A stretch of DNA of 64,000 nt from NCBI RefSeq assembly GCF_000143415.4, contig NW_003314379.1:310001-374000 (forward strand), in the 5' to 3' direction. The notes beneath the pieces are model-generated. The model was not told where the DNA came from. It did not search any database and saw nothing but the letters and a program-made list of their open reading frames with translations. Shown here piece by piece: positions 49,426 through 62,822 of the stretch (its first letter is position 1; each line of letters starts with the position of its first letter). The translations under genes and the position numbers were made by a program. This DNA comes from Selaginella moellendorffii. Taxonomy: Eukaryota > Plantae > Lycopodiophyta.

Positions 49426-52400
49426 AGACACTTCCACGTGTCATGTGTTGGTCCTTTTGGGTCCCTTTTTGGAGCCTCGCCTATGGCTCGCTTCGTGCTC
49501 ATTCCTCGAGCACTTCGTTGGGAGTTCCACTCCCGCTCTTGACTTTTTCAAGTCGGAGCTTTTGGTCCAAACGTGTTACGCTCGTTTGGCTCTCGCTTCG
49601 GCCACTACCACGTGGCGCCCTTTCCGGCTCTACTTTGGGGCCTAGGGATTTTGTGTCTCACAACTCCACCACCCATAGACGAAGTTCGATGTCCTCATCG
49701 AACGGTAAACCATTTTATAAAGTAACACCCGCATGTGTTACCATTTCCATCCTTGGCACCTAGCCAATATTTGTCAATGGTTTGACATTGAAGGCTCACC
49801 ATGCCTTCTCCATATTCGTCAATGGTTTGCCATTGAAGGCTCACCATGCCTTTTGCATATTCCTCAATGGTTTGACACCAAAGGCTCACCATGCCTTACC
49901 TATCCTCTAAGGAGGGTAGTCTCTCCAACTTAGAGATTGATTGGACCACATGTAGTGGTTCTCTCCTTTTATTGGTTTAGTTCTCGCTAAACCTCTTAGA
50001 GACCCTTCTCTAAGTCAATCCCACTACTCCTTCTCAAGTAGTCTCAATTTCCATCTATTGAACGTTTGCACCTTGGAACTTTTACTCTTTTGACTTTTGG
50101 AAGTCAATTTCCTAGGTGTCTCCAACACCTTGCATTGCATAGATTGTGCAACTCCACTTCCCCATCCTAGGAAGTTCATTACTTGAGGGCACCATCATCC
50201 TCTCTTTTATTTCGTGCCACCTTGGGCACTAAGTTCCATTTATCATACTTTGTGCTAGGGCTGTCCATGGCCCTATCATTTGGCTACCTTGCCGCTCCCT
50301 CCCTTGGAGCTTCCACTTTTGCCAAATCGGAGCAATTCGGAATCCATCCTTGGAAACACACTTCTTTTCCCGCAATTTGTTAGCGTCCAACACATTAGTG
50401 TTCCTCGCCTAACTTTGCCACTTGGATTCCTTCCAAGGGATTCCATGGCCCTATCCTGGCCACTCATCTTTTGCTCCTATCCGTTGATTGTTGCACCCAA
50501 CAACACCGAATGTCTACCTCCCTCCTTGAGGTATTCCTTTGATTCCATAGCAAAGGTTTTGCTTTGCCAAGACTAGGGTGTTCACCCCTAGTAAGTCTCT
50601 TTAGCACCTTCTGCTGTGGGCTCTATCCACGGCCCAACTTGTGACCCTCCCATGGGTCTCTTATAAAGACTACTTTCCTTGCTCACACTATGCCATCGCA
50701 ATGACATAGCTTACGTGCTTTTCCCACTTGGTCACCTTGACCAAGCCACACCATCATCAATAGTTCAAATCAACACTTTGAATTAGGAACCTTATTCCTT
50801 AACCCAAACAAAGACCTTGTCCTTATTTAGCCACAAGATCACCTAGTGATCTCACCTCGGCACCTTAACAAGTTTGCCAATAGGTACTAGGTCTTTTAAA
50901 CCTTCAAATTGTTGACTATAACCCCGGGGGCATCCCCCACACTTGGCAGTGCACCCAAGCCAGCCCTTACGGCCAAGGGTTCATAGCAACTGAGATTAGG
51001 TGTCCCCATCTCACTCACCACGTCCTTGGTGCCACTTGCACCAAAGCGTTCAAGTTAGATATGCCAAGCTTTCACACTAAGCAATCTAACCGTGCATCAC
51101 GACTCCGAGGCATCCCTCGCTTGGCGGTGTGCCCAAACCAGTCTCCCCACTGAGAGTCCATGACCACCAAAATATGAGTGTCCTCATATTCCAAACCATC
51201 ACCACGCCCTAGTGATTTGGGACTCGAACCCAAGCACTAGAGGGTCGGGACTCGAACCCAACCTCCATATATGCATCTACGGACGGCATCACACAAGATG
51301 CCTGGCGTGACTCCCCACGCCGGTGCACCAACCTATATTTAAAGCGCGCTACAAATCACAGCTTAGGAACCTAGTTCCTTCGCACTGCCAAGTCCTCTCA
51401 CTTGACAAGCCTGTGATCATGCATGGACTCCTCCATGCTTGGCCCCATGGGCCACCCCTTTGAAGTTGGCTCCTTCAACTAGGGTATTCGTTCCCCCCCA
51501 ACTTGCCAATCTCACTTAACAAGTCATCCAGCCACTGTAATATGGTTCATGCATAAGCGTGAAAGCCCTTGATCCTTGACTTTCGTTCAAAGCCTTCTCT
51601 TTGAAGGCTCGGGAACTACTTCCCTAACCTTGAAAGCCTTGCCTTATGGCAAGCTTCAAGACCACGCTTCTGCTGTGCCACTCTGATTTCGCGTGTTCCT
51701 TGAACCATTTATGCTTGGCCTTTCTAGGTACTAAGCTACCTAGAATCCTCTTTGGGAACCTTGAAGGAACTTTGTCCCTCAGCTTGCTAAGGCCTCCCTT
51801 TTTGCAAGCTTTATAGTTGTCATATAGTCTAACATGGACAATTCCATATTTTAGACTCTCCATGGCATCACGGTTGCTAGCGGCAACACCCTCGAGCCCC
51901 CACTTGATTCTCCACTCCCAGCTGGCATAACCAACCTTGGTTATGCCCTTCGATTCCTGTGGTTCGGTTCTATCCCCTTACTTCTTGCTTTTGGCTTCAC
52001 ACCTTTCCTTCGGTCATTCTCCTCCAGACCAGGAGGATAGCTTTGCACTTTCTATCATGCCTTAGCAAGTATTCTTAGGGATGAACCTACCCAATAGCCC
52101 ATGGAGTGGTTCCTCAATCCGGGTATGCTCACCTTATAATCCCACACACTGGGATTACATTGTTGCTTATGGGCCTTTACATGCCCATCACTAGCCTTGC
52201 CAAAATTCCATTTTTGGCTTTGTCCAACTCGGGTAGACAGTCCTCTCCTGTCTCCGCAACCTTAGACATTTGGATAGCACCTTCTATCCATCATTGGCTA
52301 GGGACTTAGTCCCTTGGGTCTTATCCATTGCCCTCGCGACATCAAACACCACCTTCTGGTGTTCTAGAGTGTTCGGGTGTCCCAATGATGGCTTTCTTGA

Positions 52401-55038
52401 CAATGAGTATTTCCTTTTATGACATTGACTTACTATATCGCAACATAAGCAACTTATCCCCCGTAAGGGTATATCCAACTTCCTTATGCTATTAAGAAGT
52501 CTTGGGTAGCTACCTTCTACCCGTTTAGCTAGTTATTTTGCACCTCTTGCTTAGTTGCCTCATAGTTGTCAAGTCCTACAACTCATTGCTTGGTGCTTCC
52601 ACACCTCCATCATTATCTGGATCACCACACTCCAACTGCATGCTCTGCAGCTTAGGCTATGCCATTCTCGTTTCCATTGGGATTCCTTTAGCAAGGGGTT
52701 CTCATGAACCCACCAACATAGCCTCAAGGTATCACACCTTGGCACATTTGGTGTCTCCACACCATCAGCTCCACAAGCCTACCTCTATGACACTTCCCCT
52801 TCGTGTCTAAGTTTTTGCCAAGACCAACACCGCCCTTTCTCATGCTAGCCATCCGTTAACACTGCACCATAGAGGTCCCACACAACTTTGTGTCAAAGTT
52901 GTTTTCTTCTGGGAACACCTTTCCCATAACTTTAGCATGGCACATTTTGCCATCGATGAGATACCCTCTGTTCTCATCCTTGGATCCTATGATCCCCCCC
53001 CATCCTTCGTGGGGTACAACACACCTTAGTCCAAATGCTTCCATCAGTCCTTTTAGGACCATCCCTTGACTCTACTTGAGTCATCCAGCAGTTTTGGACT
53101 TGGTTAATCCACAGACCCGTAAGGTCCTACTTGTGAGGCACTAGCTCACTGGAATACACTTCTTGCATTCCTGTCCCACTCAAAAGGACTATTTTCACAA
53201 GTGTTACTTTGACACTTGATTTTGTTCTCTGGGGGCCACCTTTGCCCCTTAGAACTACTTGTCCATGTGATGAGAATACCACTCATCTTTAAGTACACCC
53301 CCCAACTCCTTGGGTTGTTCCAGCATTTATTAAAGGTAGCCCCGGCTACCATTTCAAGGACTTGAGTCCTCTTCCGTATTTGACCTCCCACGGTCATTAC
53401 CTCTGGTCTCACATTCATGAGCACCAACCTCAACTATATGAGGATAATCTTGCGACTCCTTTATTGTTTTGGAGTCTCTATCTTTTCCGTGATCCCAACT
53501 ATAGTTGTTTACCACAACTACCTTAGCCAATTTGCTGAGACAAATGCTCATCCGGATCACATCCTCAACTCAATGAGGAAAACCTTGCACTGTTCCCAAG
53601 ATCCCAAAGTCGTTCCATTATTGGCCCTTTTCTATCCACCACCTCGTCTACAAGTTCACACATGAACTGTAATGGAGAGCCATGTCTTCCCGACTTGCTA
53701 CTCCTCAAGGATAAGCCCACTCCTCGGACCTTCCAATGCCAACACTAGTGGTGATATACTTGAGCACCAATAAAAGTCGGACTAAGGAACAGCTTCGATA
53801 CCAAATTGTAAGCGACTAAATTTTCCATTCTACTTTAGTCACTTAACCACACTTCCAACCACTTGGAGGAGTCTCACTCACAACCTCCATAAGTCCTATT
53901 TCAGACTTGGGCTTGCTAGCCCCAAGAATGGCATCCCCGCCACTCAACCTTTGCACTTGATCCAAGTGCTCCACGTGTCTGATCCCATGACCGACACCCC
54001 AAGGTACCACCGACATATCAACCCGTTACGCTAAGGCCATGCCCCTTTACCTTGGTCACACCGGTGGTCTAACACCACCTGCATCACAGTCCCATCTCTC
54101 AAGGACTGGGCCATCCGTCCATGAGTGATCATTCCAGATCCACTCCTTAGCATCCTTAGGATGCCCATAGACATGGGGAATAGCCTTCCCCAATATCCCT
54201 TTTCTGGTCTTCACCAAATCCCTTTCTGCCCATGGCCGTGTTCGCCAACACTGCCACTGGATCAAGGCCCACAGGCCCGACCACTAAGTCCCACGGTCCT
54301 CTGGGACTTCCTCACCACACGACTGTGTCCTTGGTCACTACCCCAGAGGACTGCTCCTCTTCCTTTCCATAGTCTGGGCCTTTGGGACAACATTTCGGAA
54401 CACCGTGGCCTTACGCAAGCCACCTGGGTACTCTCCCCGCCTTCTGCCCTTGGGTGCTCTAGCCATGGGCTTAGAGCGAGGTTCCGTTGAGCCACGCCTG
54501 GTATCCAAGTACGTAGTGCCACCCACACTTGGACTGGGAGCATCGGCCAGTCGATCTCCCAGGGGAACTAGAGCCGGCTCTTGAACACTTCACCAAGCTA
54601 CCCCGCTTGTCGGTCCGTGTTCACTCTAGTCTTGGACTTCCCAGTGGGCAGCTCATCACCCAACACTGGGTCCGGCCTTCCTGGGCCAAACTGGCCTTTC
54701 CTGGCCAAACTGGCTCCACCACAGTCCTCCCCCTACTATACTTTTGGAGCTCACCAAACCCCCCAGGGTCTGGGAGACGAACGCTTTGGGCTTTCACCCT
54801 CTCAGGCTCTGGACTCGGACTCGGACTCAGACTCAGACTCAGACTCGGACTTGGGCTCGGCCTCGGTCTCGGCCTCGGTCTCGGTCTCGGTCCCGATCTC
54901 GGTCTCGGTCCCGGTCCCGGTCTCGGTCTCGACTTCGGACTCCATCTCGGGTCCATCTCGGACTCCATCTCGGCCTCCATCTCGGGTCCACCTCGGGTCC
55001 ATCTCGGACTCCACCTCGGACTCCACCTCGGACTCCAC

Positions 55039-58000
55039 TGTGAGACACAAAATCCCTAGGCCCCAAAGTGGAGCTGGAAGGGCGCCACGTGGTAGTGGCC
55101 GAGGCGAAAGCCAAACGAGCGTAACACGTTTGGACTAAAAGCTCCAACTTGAAAGGTCGAGAGCGGGAGTGGAACTCCCAACAAAGTGCTCGAGGAACGA
55201 GCACGAAGCGAGCAATAAGCGAGGCTCCAAAAAGGGACCCAAAGGGACCAACACATGACACGTGGAAGTGTCCGAGATGGACCCGAGATGGAGTCCGAGG
55301 TGGAGTCCGAGGTGGACCCGAGATGGACCCGATATGGAGTCCGAGATGGAGTCCGAGATGGAGTCCGAGATGGGACCCGAGATGGAGTCCGAGATGGGAC
55401 CCGAGATGGAGTCCGAGATGGAGTCCGAGGTGGAGTCCGAGGTGGAGTTCGAGGTGGACCCGAGATGGACCCGATGGAGTCCGAGGTGGAGTCCGAGGTG
55501 GACCCGAGATGGACCCGATATGGAGTCCGAGATGGAGTCCGAGATGGGACCCGAGATGGAGTCCGAGACGGACCCGAGATGGAGTCCGAGATGGAGTCCG
55601 AGGTGGAGTCCGAGGTGGAGTTCGAGGTGGACCCGAGATGGACCCGAGATGGAGTCCGAGGTGGAGTCCGAGGTGGACCCGAGATGGACCCGATATGGAG
55701 TCCGAGATGGAGTCCGAGATGGGACCCGAGATGGAGTCCGAGATGGGACCCGAGATGGAGTCCGAGATGGACCCGAGATGGAGTCCGAGATGGAGTTCGA
55801 GTTGGAGTCCGAGATGGACCCGAGATGGAGTCCAAAGTCGAGACCGGGACCAAGACCGAGACCGGGACCGAGACCGAGACCGAGATCGGGACCGAGACCG
55901 AGACCGAGGCCGAGCCCAAGTCCGAGTCCGAGTCCGAATCCGAGTCCGAGTCCGAGTCCGAGTCCGAGTCCGGAGCCTGAGAGGGTGAAAGCCCAAAGCG
56001 TTCGTCTCCCAGACCCTGGGGGGTTTGGTGAGCTCCAAAAGTATAGTAGGGGGAGGACTGCAGTGGAGCCAGTTTGGCCAGGAAAGGCCAGTTTGGCCCA
56101 GGAAGGCCGGACCCAGTGTTGGGTGATGAGCTGCCCACTGGGAAGTCCAAGACTAGAGTGAACACGGACCGACAAGCGGGGTAGCTTGGTGAAGTGTTCA
56201 AGAGCCGGCTCTAGTTCCCCCGGGAGATCGACTGGCCGATGCTCCCAGTCCAAGTGTGGGTGGCACTACCTACTTGGATACCAGGCGTGGCTCAATGGAA
56301 CCTCGCTCTAAGCCCATGGCTAGAGCACCTAAAGGCGATAGGTGGGGAGAGTACCCAGGTGGCTCGCGTAAGGCCACGGTGTTCCGAAATGTTGTCCCAA
56401 AGGCCCAGGCTGTGGAAAGGAAAGGGAGCAGTCCTCTGGAGCAGTGACCAAGGATGCAGTTGTGTGGTGAGGAAGTCCCAGAGGACCGTGGGACTTAGTG
56501 GTCGGGCCTGTGGGCCTCGATCCAGTGGCAGTGTTGGCAAACACGGCCAAGGGCAGAAAGGGACTTAGTGGGGACTGACAGAGGGATATTGGGGAAGGCT
56601 ATTCCCCTTGTCGGTGGGCATCCTAAGGATGCTAAGGAGTGGATCTGAGATGACCACTCACGGATGGTTTGCCTAGTCTTGGAGAGCCAAGATTGGGATG
56701 CAAGTGGTATTGGACTACCAGTGTGGCAAAGGTGATTGGGCATGGCCTTAGCGTAACGGGCTGCCATGTCGGTGGTACCTTTGAGTGTCGGTCATGTGAT
56801 CGGACACGTGGAGCACTTGGACCAAGTGCAAATGTTGAGTGGCATGGATGCCATTCTCGGGGCTAGCAAGTCCCAAGTCCTGGATTGGACTTATGGAGGT
56901 TGTGAATGAGACTCCTCCAAGTGGTCGGAGGTGTGGTTAAGTGACTAAAGTAGAATGGAAAATTTAGTCGCTTACAATTTGGTATCGGAGCTGTTCCTTA
57001 GTCCGACTTTTATTGGTGCTCAAGTATATCACCACTAGTGTTGGCATCGAAAGGTCCGAGGAGTGGGCCTATCCTTGAGGAGTAGCAAGTCGGGAAGACA
57101 TGGCTCTCCATTACAGTTCATGTGTGAACTTGTAGACGAGGTGGTGGATAGAAAAGGGCCAATAATGGAACGACTTTGGGATCTTGGGAACAGTGCAAGG
57201 TTTTCCTCATTGAGTTGAGGATGTGATCCGGATGAGCATTTGTCTCAGCAAATTGGCTAAGGTTGTTGTGGTAAACAACTAAAGTTAGGATCACGGGAAA
57301 GATAGAGACTCCAAAACAATAAAGGAGTCACAAGATTATCCTCATATATTTGAGGTTGGTGCTCATGAATGTGAGACTAGAGGTAATGACCGTGGGAGGT
57401 CAAATACGGAAGAGGACTCAAGTCCTTGAAATGGTAGCCGGGGCTACCTTTAATAAATGCTGGAACAACCCAAGGAGTTAGGGGTGTACTTAGAGATGAG
57501 TTGGTATTCTCATCACATGGACAAGTAGTCCTAAGGGGCAAAGGTTGCCCACAGAGAACAAAATCAAGTGTCAGAGTAACACTTGTGAAAATAGTCCTTT
57601 TGAGTAGGACAGGAATGCAAGAAGTGTATTCCAGTGAGCTAGTGCCTCACAAGTAGGACCTTACAGGTCTGTGGATTAACCAAGTCCAAAACTGCTAGAC
57701 GACTCAAGTAGAGTCAAGAGATGGTCCTAAAAGGACTGATGGAAGCATTTGGACTGAGGTGTGTTGTACCCCACAAAGGATGGGGGGGGATCATAAAATC
57801 CAAGGATGAGAACAGAGGGTATCTCATCGATGGCAAAATGTGCCATGCTAAAGTTATGGGAAAGGTGTTCCCAGAAGAAAACAACTTTGACACAAAGTTG
57901 TGTGTGACCTCTATGGTGCAGTGCTAACGGATGGTTGGCATGAGAAAGAGCGGTGTTGGTCTTGGCAAAGACTTAAACACGAAGGGGAAGTGTCATAGAG

Positions 58001-61000
58001 GTAGGCTCGTGGAGCCGATGGTGTGGAGACACCAAATGTGCCAAAGTGTGATACCTTGAGGCTATGTTGGTGGGTTCATGAGAACCCCTTGCCAAAGGAA
58101 TCCCAATGGAAATGGGAATGGCATAGCCTAAGCTGCAGAGCATGCAGTTGGAGTGTGGTGACCCAGATAATGATGGAGGTGTGAAAGCACCAAGCAATGA
58201 GTTGTAGGACTTGACAACTATGAGGCAACTAAGCAAGAGGTGCAAAATAACTGGTTAAACGGGTAGAAGGTAGCTACCCAAGACTTCTAGCATAGGGAAG
58301 TCGGATATACCCTTACGGGGGATAAGTTGCTTATGTTGCGATATAGTAAGTCAATGTCATAAAAGGAAATACTCATTGTCAAGAAAGCCATCATTGGGAC
58401 ACCCGAACACTCTAGAACACCAGAAGATGGTGTTTGATGTCACGAGGGCAATGGATAAAGCCCAAGGGACTAAGTCCCTAGCGAATGATGGATAGAAGAT
58501 GCTATCCAAATGTCCAAGGTTGCAGAGACAGGAGAGGACTGTCTACCCGAGTTGGACAAAGCCAAAAATGGAATTTTGGCAAGGCTAGTGATGGGCATGT
58601 AAAGGCCCATAAGCAACAATGTAATCCCAGTGTGTGGGATTATAAGGTGAGCATACCCGGATTGAGGAACCACTCCCTGGGCTATTGGGTAGGTTCATCC
58701 CTAAGAATACTTGCTAAGGCATGATAGAAAGTGCAAAGCTATCCTCCTGGTCTTGAGGAGAATGACCGAAGGAAAGGTGTGAAGCCAAAAGTAAGAAGTA
58801 AGGGGATGGAACTGAACCATAGAAATCAAAGGGCATATCCAACAGTGGTTATGAAAGTTGGGAGTGGAGAATCAAGAGGGTGCTCGAGGATGTTGTTGCT
58901 AGCAACCGTGATGCCATGGAGAGTCTAAAATATGGAATTGTCCATGTTAGACTATATGGCAACTATAAAGCTTGCGAAAAGGGAGGCCTTAGCAAGCTGA
59001 GGGACAGAGTTCCTTCAAGGTTCCCAAAGACGATTCTAGGTAGCGTAGTACCTAGAAAGGCCGAGTGTAAATGGTTCATGGAATGCGCGAAATCAGAGTG
59101 GCGCAGCAGAAGCGTGGTCTTGAAGCTTGCCATGAGGCAAGGTTATCAAGGTTAGGGAAGTAGTTCCCGAGTGTTCAAAGAAAGGGCTTTGAACGAAAGT
59201 CAATGGTCAAGGACTTTCACGCTTATGCAGGAACCATGTTACAGTGGTCGGAGGACTTGCCAAGTGAGATTGGCACGTCGGGGGAACAAAGACCCTAGTT
59301 GAAGGTGATAACTTCAAAAAGGGGTGGGCCATGGGGCCGAGCATGGAGGAGTCCATGCATGATCACAAACATGTCAAGTGAGAGGACTTGGCAGTGTGGA
59401 GGAACTAGGTTCCTAAGCTGTGATCTGTAGCGCGCTTTAAAAATAGGTTGGTGCACCGGCGTGGGGAGTCACGCCAGGCATCTTGTGTGATGCCGTCCGT
59501 AGATGCATATACGGAGGTTGGGTTCGAGTCCCAACCCTCTAGTGCTTGGGTTCGAGTCCCAAATCACTAGGGCGTGGTGATGGTTTGGAATATGAGGACA
59601 CTCATATTTCGGTGGTCATGGACTCTCAGTGGGGAGACTGGTTTGGGCACACCGCCAAACGAGGGATGCCTCGGAGTCGTGATGCACGGTTAGATTGCTT
59701 AGTGTGAAAGCTCGGCATATCTAACTTGAACGCTTTGGTGCACGTGGCACCAAGGACGTGGTGAGTGAGATGGGGACACCTAATCTCAGTTGCTATGGAC
59801 CCTTGGCCGGAAGGGCTGGCTTGGGCGCACCGCCAAGTGTGGGGGATGCCCCCGGGGTCGTAGTTAACAAGTTAAAGGTCTGGAAGACCTAGTACCTATT
59901 GGCAAACCTGTTAAGGTGTCGAGGTGAGATCACTAGGTGATCTTGTGGCTAAATAAGGACAAGGTCCTTGTTTGGGCTAAGGAATAAGGTTCCTAGTTCA
60001 AAGTGTTGATTTGAACTATTGATGATGGTGTGGCTTGGTCAAGGTGACCAAGTGGGAAAAGCACCTTAGGGAAATGAGCTATGTCATTGCGATGGCATAG
60101 TGTGTCTAAGGAAAGTAGTCTCTAAAAAGACCCATGGGAGGGTCACAAAGTTGGGCTGTGGATAGAGCCCACTGCAGAAGATGCTAAAAGAGACTTACTA
60201 GGGGTGAACACCCTAGTCTTGGCAAAGTAGAGCCTTTGCTATGGAATCAAAAGAATACCTCAAGGAGGAAGGTAGAGATTCAGTGTTGCTTGGTGCAACA
60301 ATCAACAGATAGGAGCAAAAGATGAGTGGCCAAAATAGGGCTGTGGAATCCCTTGGAAGGAATCCAAGTGGCAAAGTTAGGCGAGGAACACTAATGTGTT
60401 GGACGCTAACAAATTGTGGGAAAGGAAGCGAGTTTCCAAGGATGGATTCCAAATTGCTCCGGTTTGGCGAAAACGGGAAGCTCCGAGGGAGGGAGCGGTA
60501 AAGTAGCCAAATGATAGGGCCATGGACAGCCCTAAAACAAAGTATGATAACTGGAACTTAGTGCCCAAGGTGGCACGAAATAGAAGAGAGGATGATGGTG
60601 CCCTCAAGTAAAGAACTTCCTAGGATGAGGGAGTGGAGTTTCACAATATGTGCAATGCAAGGTGTTGGAGACACCTAAGGAATTGACTTCCAGAAGTCAA
60701 AGAGTAAAAGTTCCAAGGTGCAAACGTTCAATCAATGGAAATTGAGACTACTCGAGAAGGAGTAGTGGGATTGACTTAGAGAAGGGTCTCTAAAAGGTTT
60801 AGCAAGAACTAAATCAATAAAAGGAGAGAACCACTGCATGTGGTCTAATCAGTCTCTAAGTTGGAGAGACTACCCTCCTTAGAGGATGGGCAAGGCATGG
60901 TGAGCCTTCAATGTCAAACCATTGACGAATATTGGCTAGGTGCCAAGGATGGAAATGGTAACACATGCGAGTGTTACTTTATAAAATGGTTTACCGTTCG

Positions 61001-62822
61001 ATGAGAACATCGAACTTCGTCTATGGGTGGTGGAGTTGTGAGACACAAAATCCCTAGGCCCCAAAGTGGAGCTGGAAGGGCGCCACGTGGTAGTGGCCGA
61101 GGCGAAAGCCAAACGAGCGTAACACGTTTGGACTAAAAGCTCCGACTTGAAAGGTCGAGAGCGGGAGTGGAACTCCCAACAAAGTGCTCGAGGAACGAGC
61201 ACGAAGCGAGCAATAAGCGAGGCTCCAAAAAGGGACCCAAAGGGACCAACACATGACACGTGGAAGTGTCCGAGATGGACCCGAGATGGAGTCCAAGGTG
61301 GAGTCCGAGGTGGACCCGAGATGGACCCGATATGGAGTCCGAGATGGAGTCCGAGATGGAGTCCGAGATGGGACCCGAGATGGAGTCCGAGATGGGACCC
61401 GAGATGGAGTCCGAGATGGACCCGAGATGGAGTCCGAGATGGAGTCCGAGGTGGAGTCCGAGGTGGAGTTCGAGGTGGACCCGAGATGGACCCGATGGAG
61501 TCCGAGGTGGAGTCCGAGGTGGACCCGAGATGGACCCGATATGGAGTCCGAGATGGAGTCCGAGATGGGACCCGAGATGGAGTCCGAGATGGGACCCGAG
61601 ATGGAGTCCGAGATGGACCCAAGATGGAGTCCGAGATGGAGTCCGAGTTGGAGTCCGAGATGGACCCGAGATGGAGTCCAAAGTCGAGACCGGGACCAAG
61701 ACCGAGACCGGGACCGAGACCGAGACCGAGATCGGGACCGAGACCGAGACCGAGGCCGAGCCCAAGTCCGAGTCCGAGTCCGAATCCGAGTCCGAGTCCG
61801 AGTCCGAGTCCGAGTCCGGAGCCTGAGAGGGTGAAAGCCCAAAGCGTTCGTCTCCCAGACCCTGGGGGGTTTGGTGAGCTCCAAAAGTATAGTAGGGGGA
61901 GGACTGCAGTGGAGCCAGTTTGGCCAGGAAAGGCCAGTTTGGCCCAGGAAGGCCGGACCCAGTGTTGGGTGATGAGCTGCCCACTGGGAAGTCCAAGACT
62001 AGAGTGAACACGGACCGACAAGCGGGGTAGCTTGGTGAAGTGTTCAAGAGCCGGCTCTAGTTCCCCCGGGAGATCGACTGGCCGATGCTCCCAGTCCAAG
62101 TGTGGGTGGCACTACCTACTTGGATACCAGGCGTGGCTCAATGGAACCTCGCTCTAAGCCCATGGCTAGAGCACCTAAAGGCGATAGGTGGGGAGAGTAC
62201 CCAGGTGGCTCGCGTAAGGCCACGGTGTTCCGAAATGTTGTCCCAAAGGCCCAGGCTGTGGAAAGGAAGGGGAGCAGTCCTCTGGAGCAGTGACCAAGGA
62301 TGCAGTCATGTGGTGAGGAAGTCCCAGAGGACCATGGGACTTAGTGGTCGGGCCTGTGGGCCTCGATCCAGTGGCAGTGTTGGCAAACACGGCCAAGGGC
62401 AGAAAGGGACTTAGTGGGGACTGACAGAGGGATATTGGGGAAGGCTATTCCCCTTGTCGGTGGGCATCCTAAGGATGCTAAGGAGTGGATCTGAGATGAC
62501 CACTCACGGATGGTTTGCCTAGTCTTGGAGAGCCAAGATTGGGATGCAAGTGGTATTGGACTACCAGTGTGGCAAAGGTGATTGGGCATGGCCTTAGCGT
62601 AACGGGCTGCCATGTCGGTGGTACCTTTGAGTGTCGGTCATGTGATCGGACACGTGGAGCACTTGGACCAAGTGCAAATGTTGAGTGGCATGGATGCCAT
62701 TCTCAGGGCTAGCAAGTCCCAAGTCCTGGATTGGACTTATGGAGGTTGTGAATGAGACTCCTCCAAGTGGTCGGAGGTGTGGTTAAGTGACTAAAGTAGA
62801 ATGGAAAATTTAGTCGCTTACA
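55039..62822 (+). mobile_element. LARD family A, copy A4 (youngest), inserted antisense into the LTR of A3
   Basis: LTRs at 55039-56976 and 61037-62822 are near-identical outside the repeat array. PBS TGGTATCGGAGC, PPT ATGGGTGGTGGAGT and perfect TSD TCCAC. Confidence 0.95.

Noticed and set aside
48539-49645. Long ORFs rich in RS/GL/SD/PSRT repeats (also 54529-56253, 60936-62099 and 62709-63590) resembling SR or extensin proteins
   Set aside because: They arise in all six frames from stop-free 6/12-bp repeat arrays inside LTRs and have no protein domain.
55270-55970. Regular short repeats suggestive of a CRISPR array
   Set aside because: There are no unique spacers and no cas genes, and the context is a eukaryotic LTR.
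55975-56150. Hammerhead ribozyme (retrozyme) in the family A LTR (CTGAGAGGGTGAAAGCCC; GTGATGAG)
   Set aside because: The CUGANGA...GAAA core and closing stems cannot be assembled, and the CTGA is absent in the family C version of the module.
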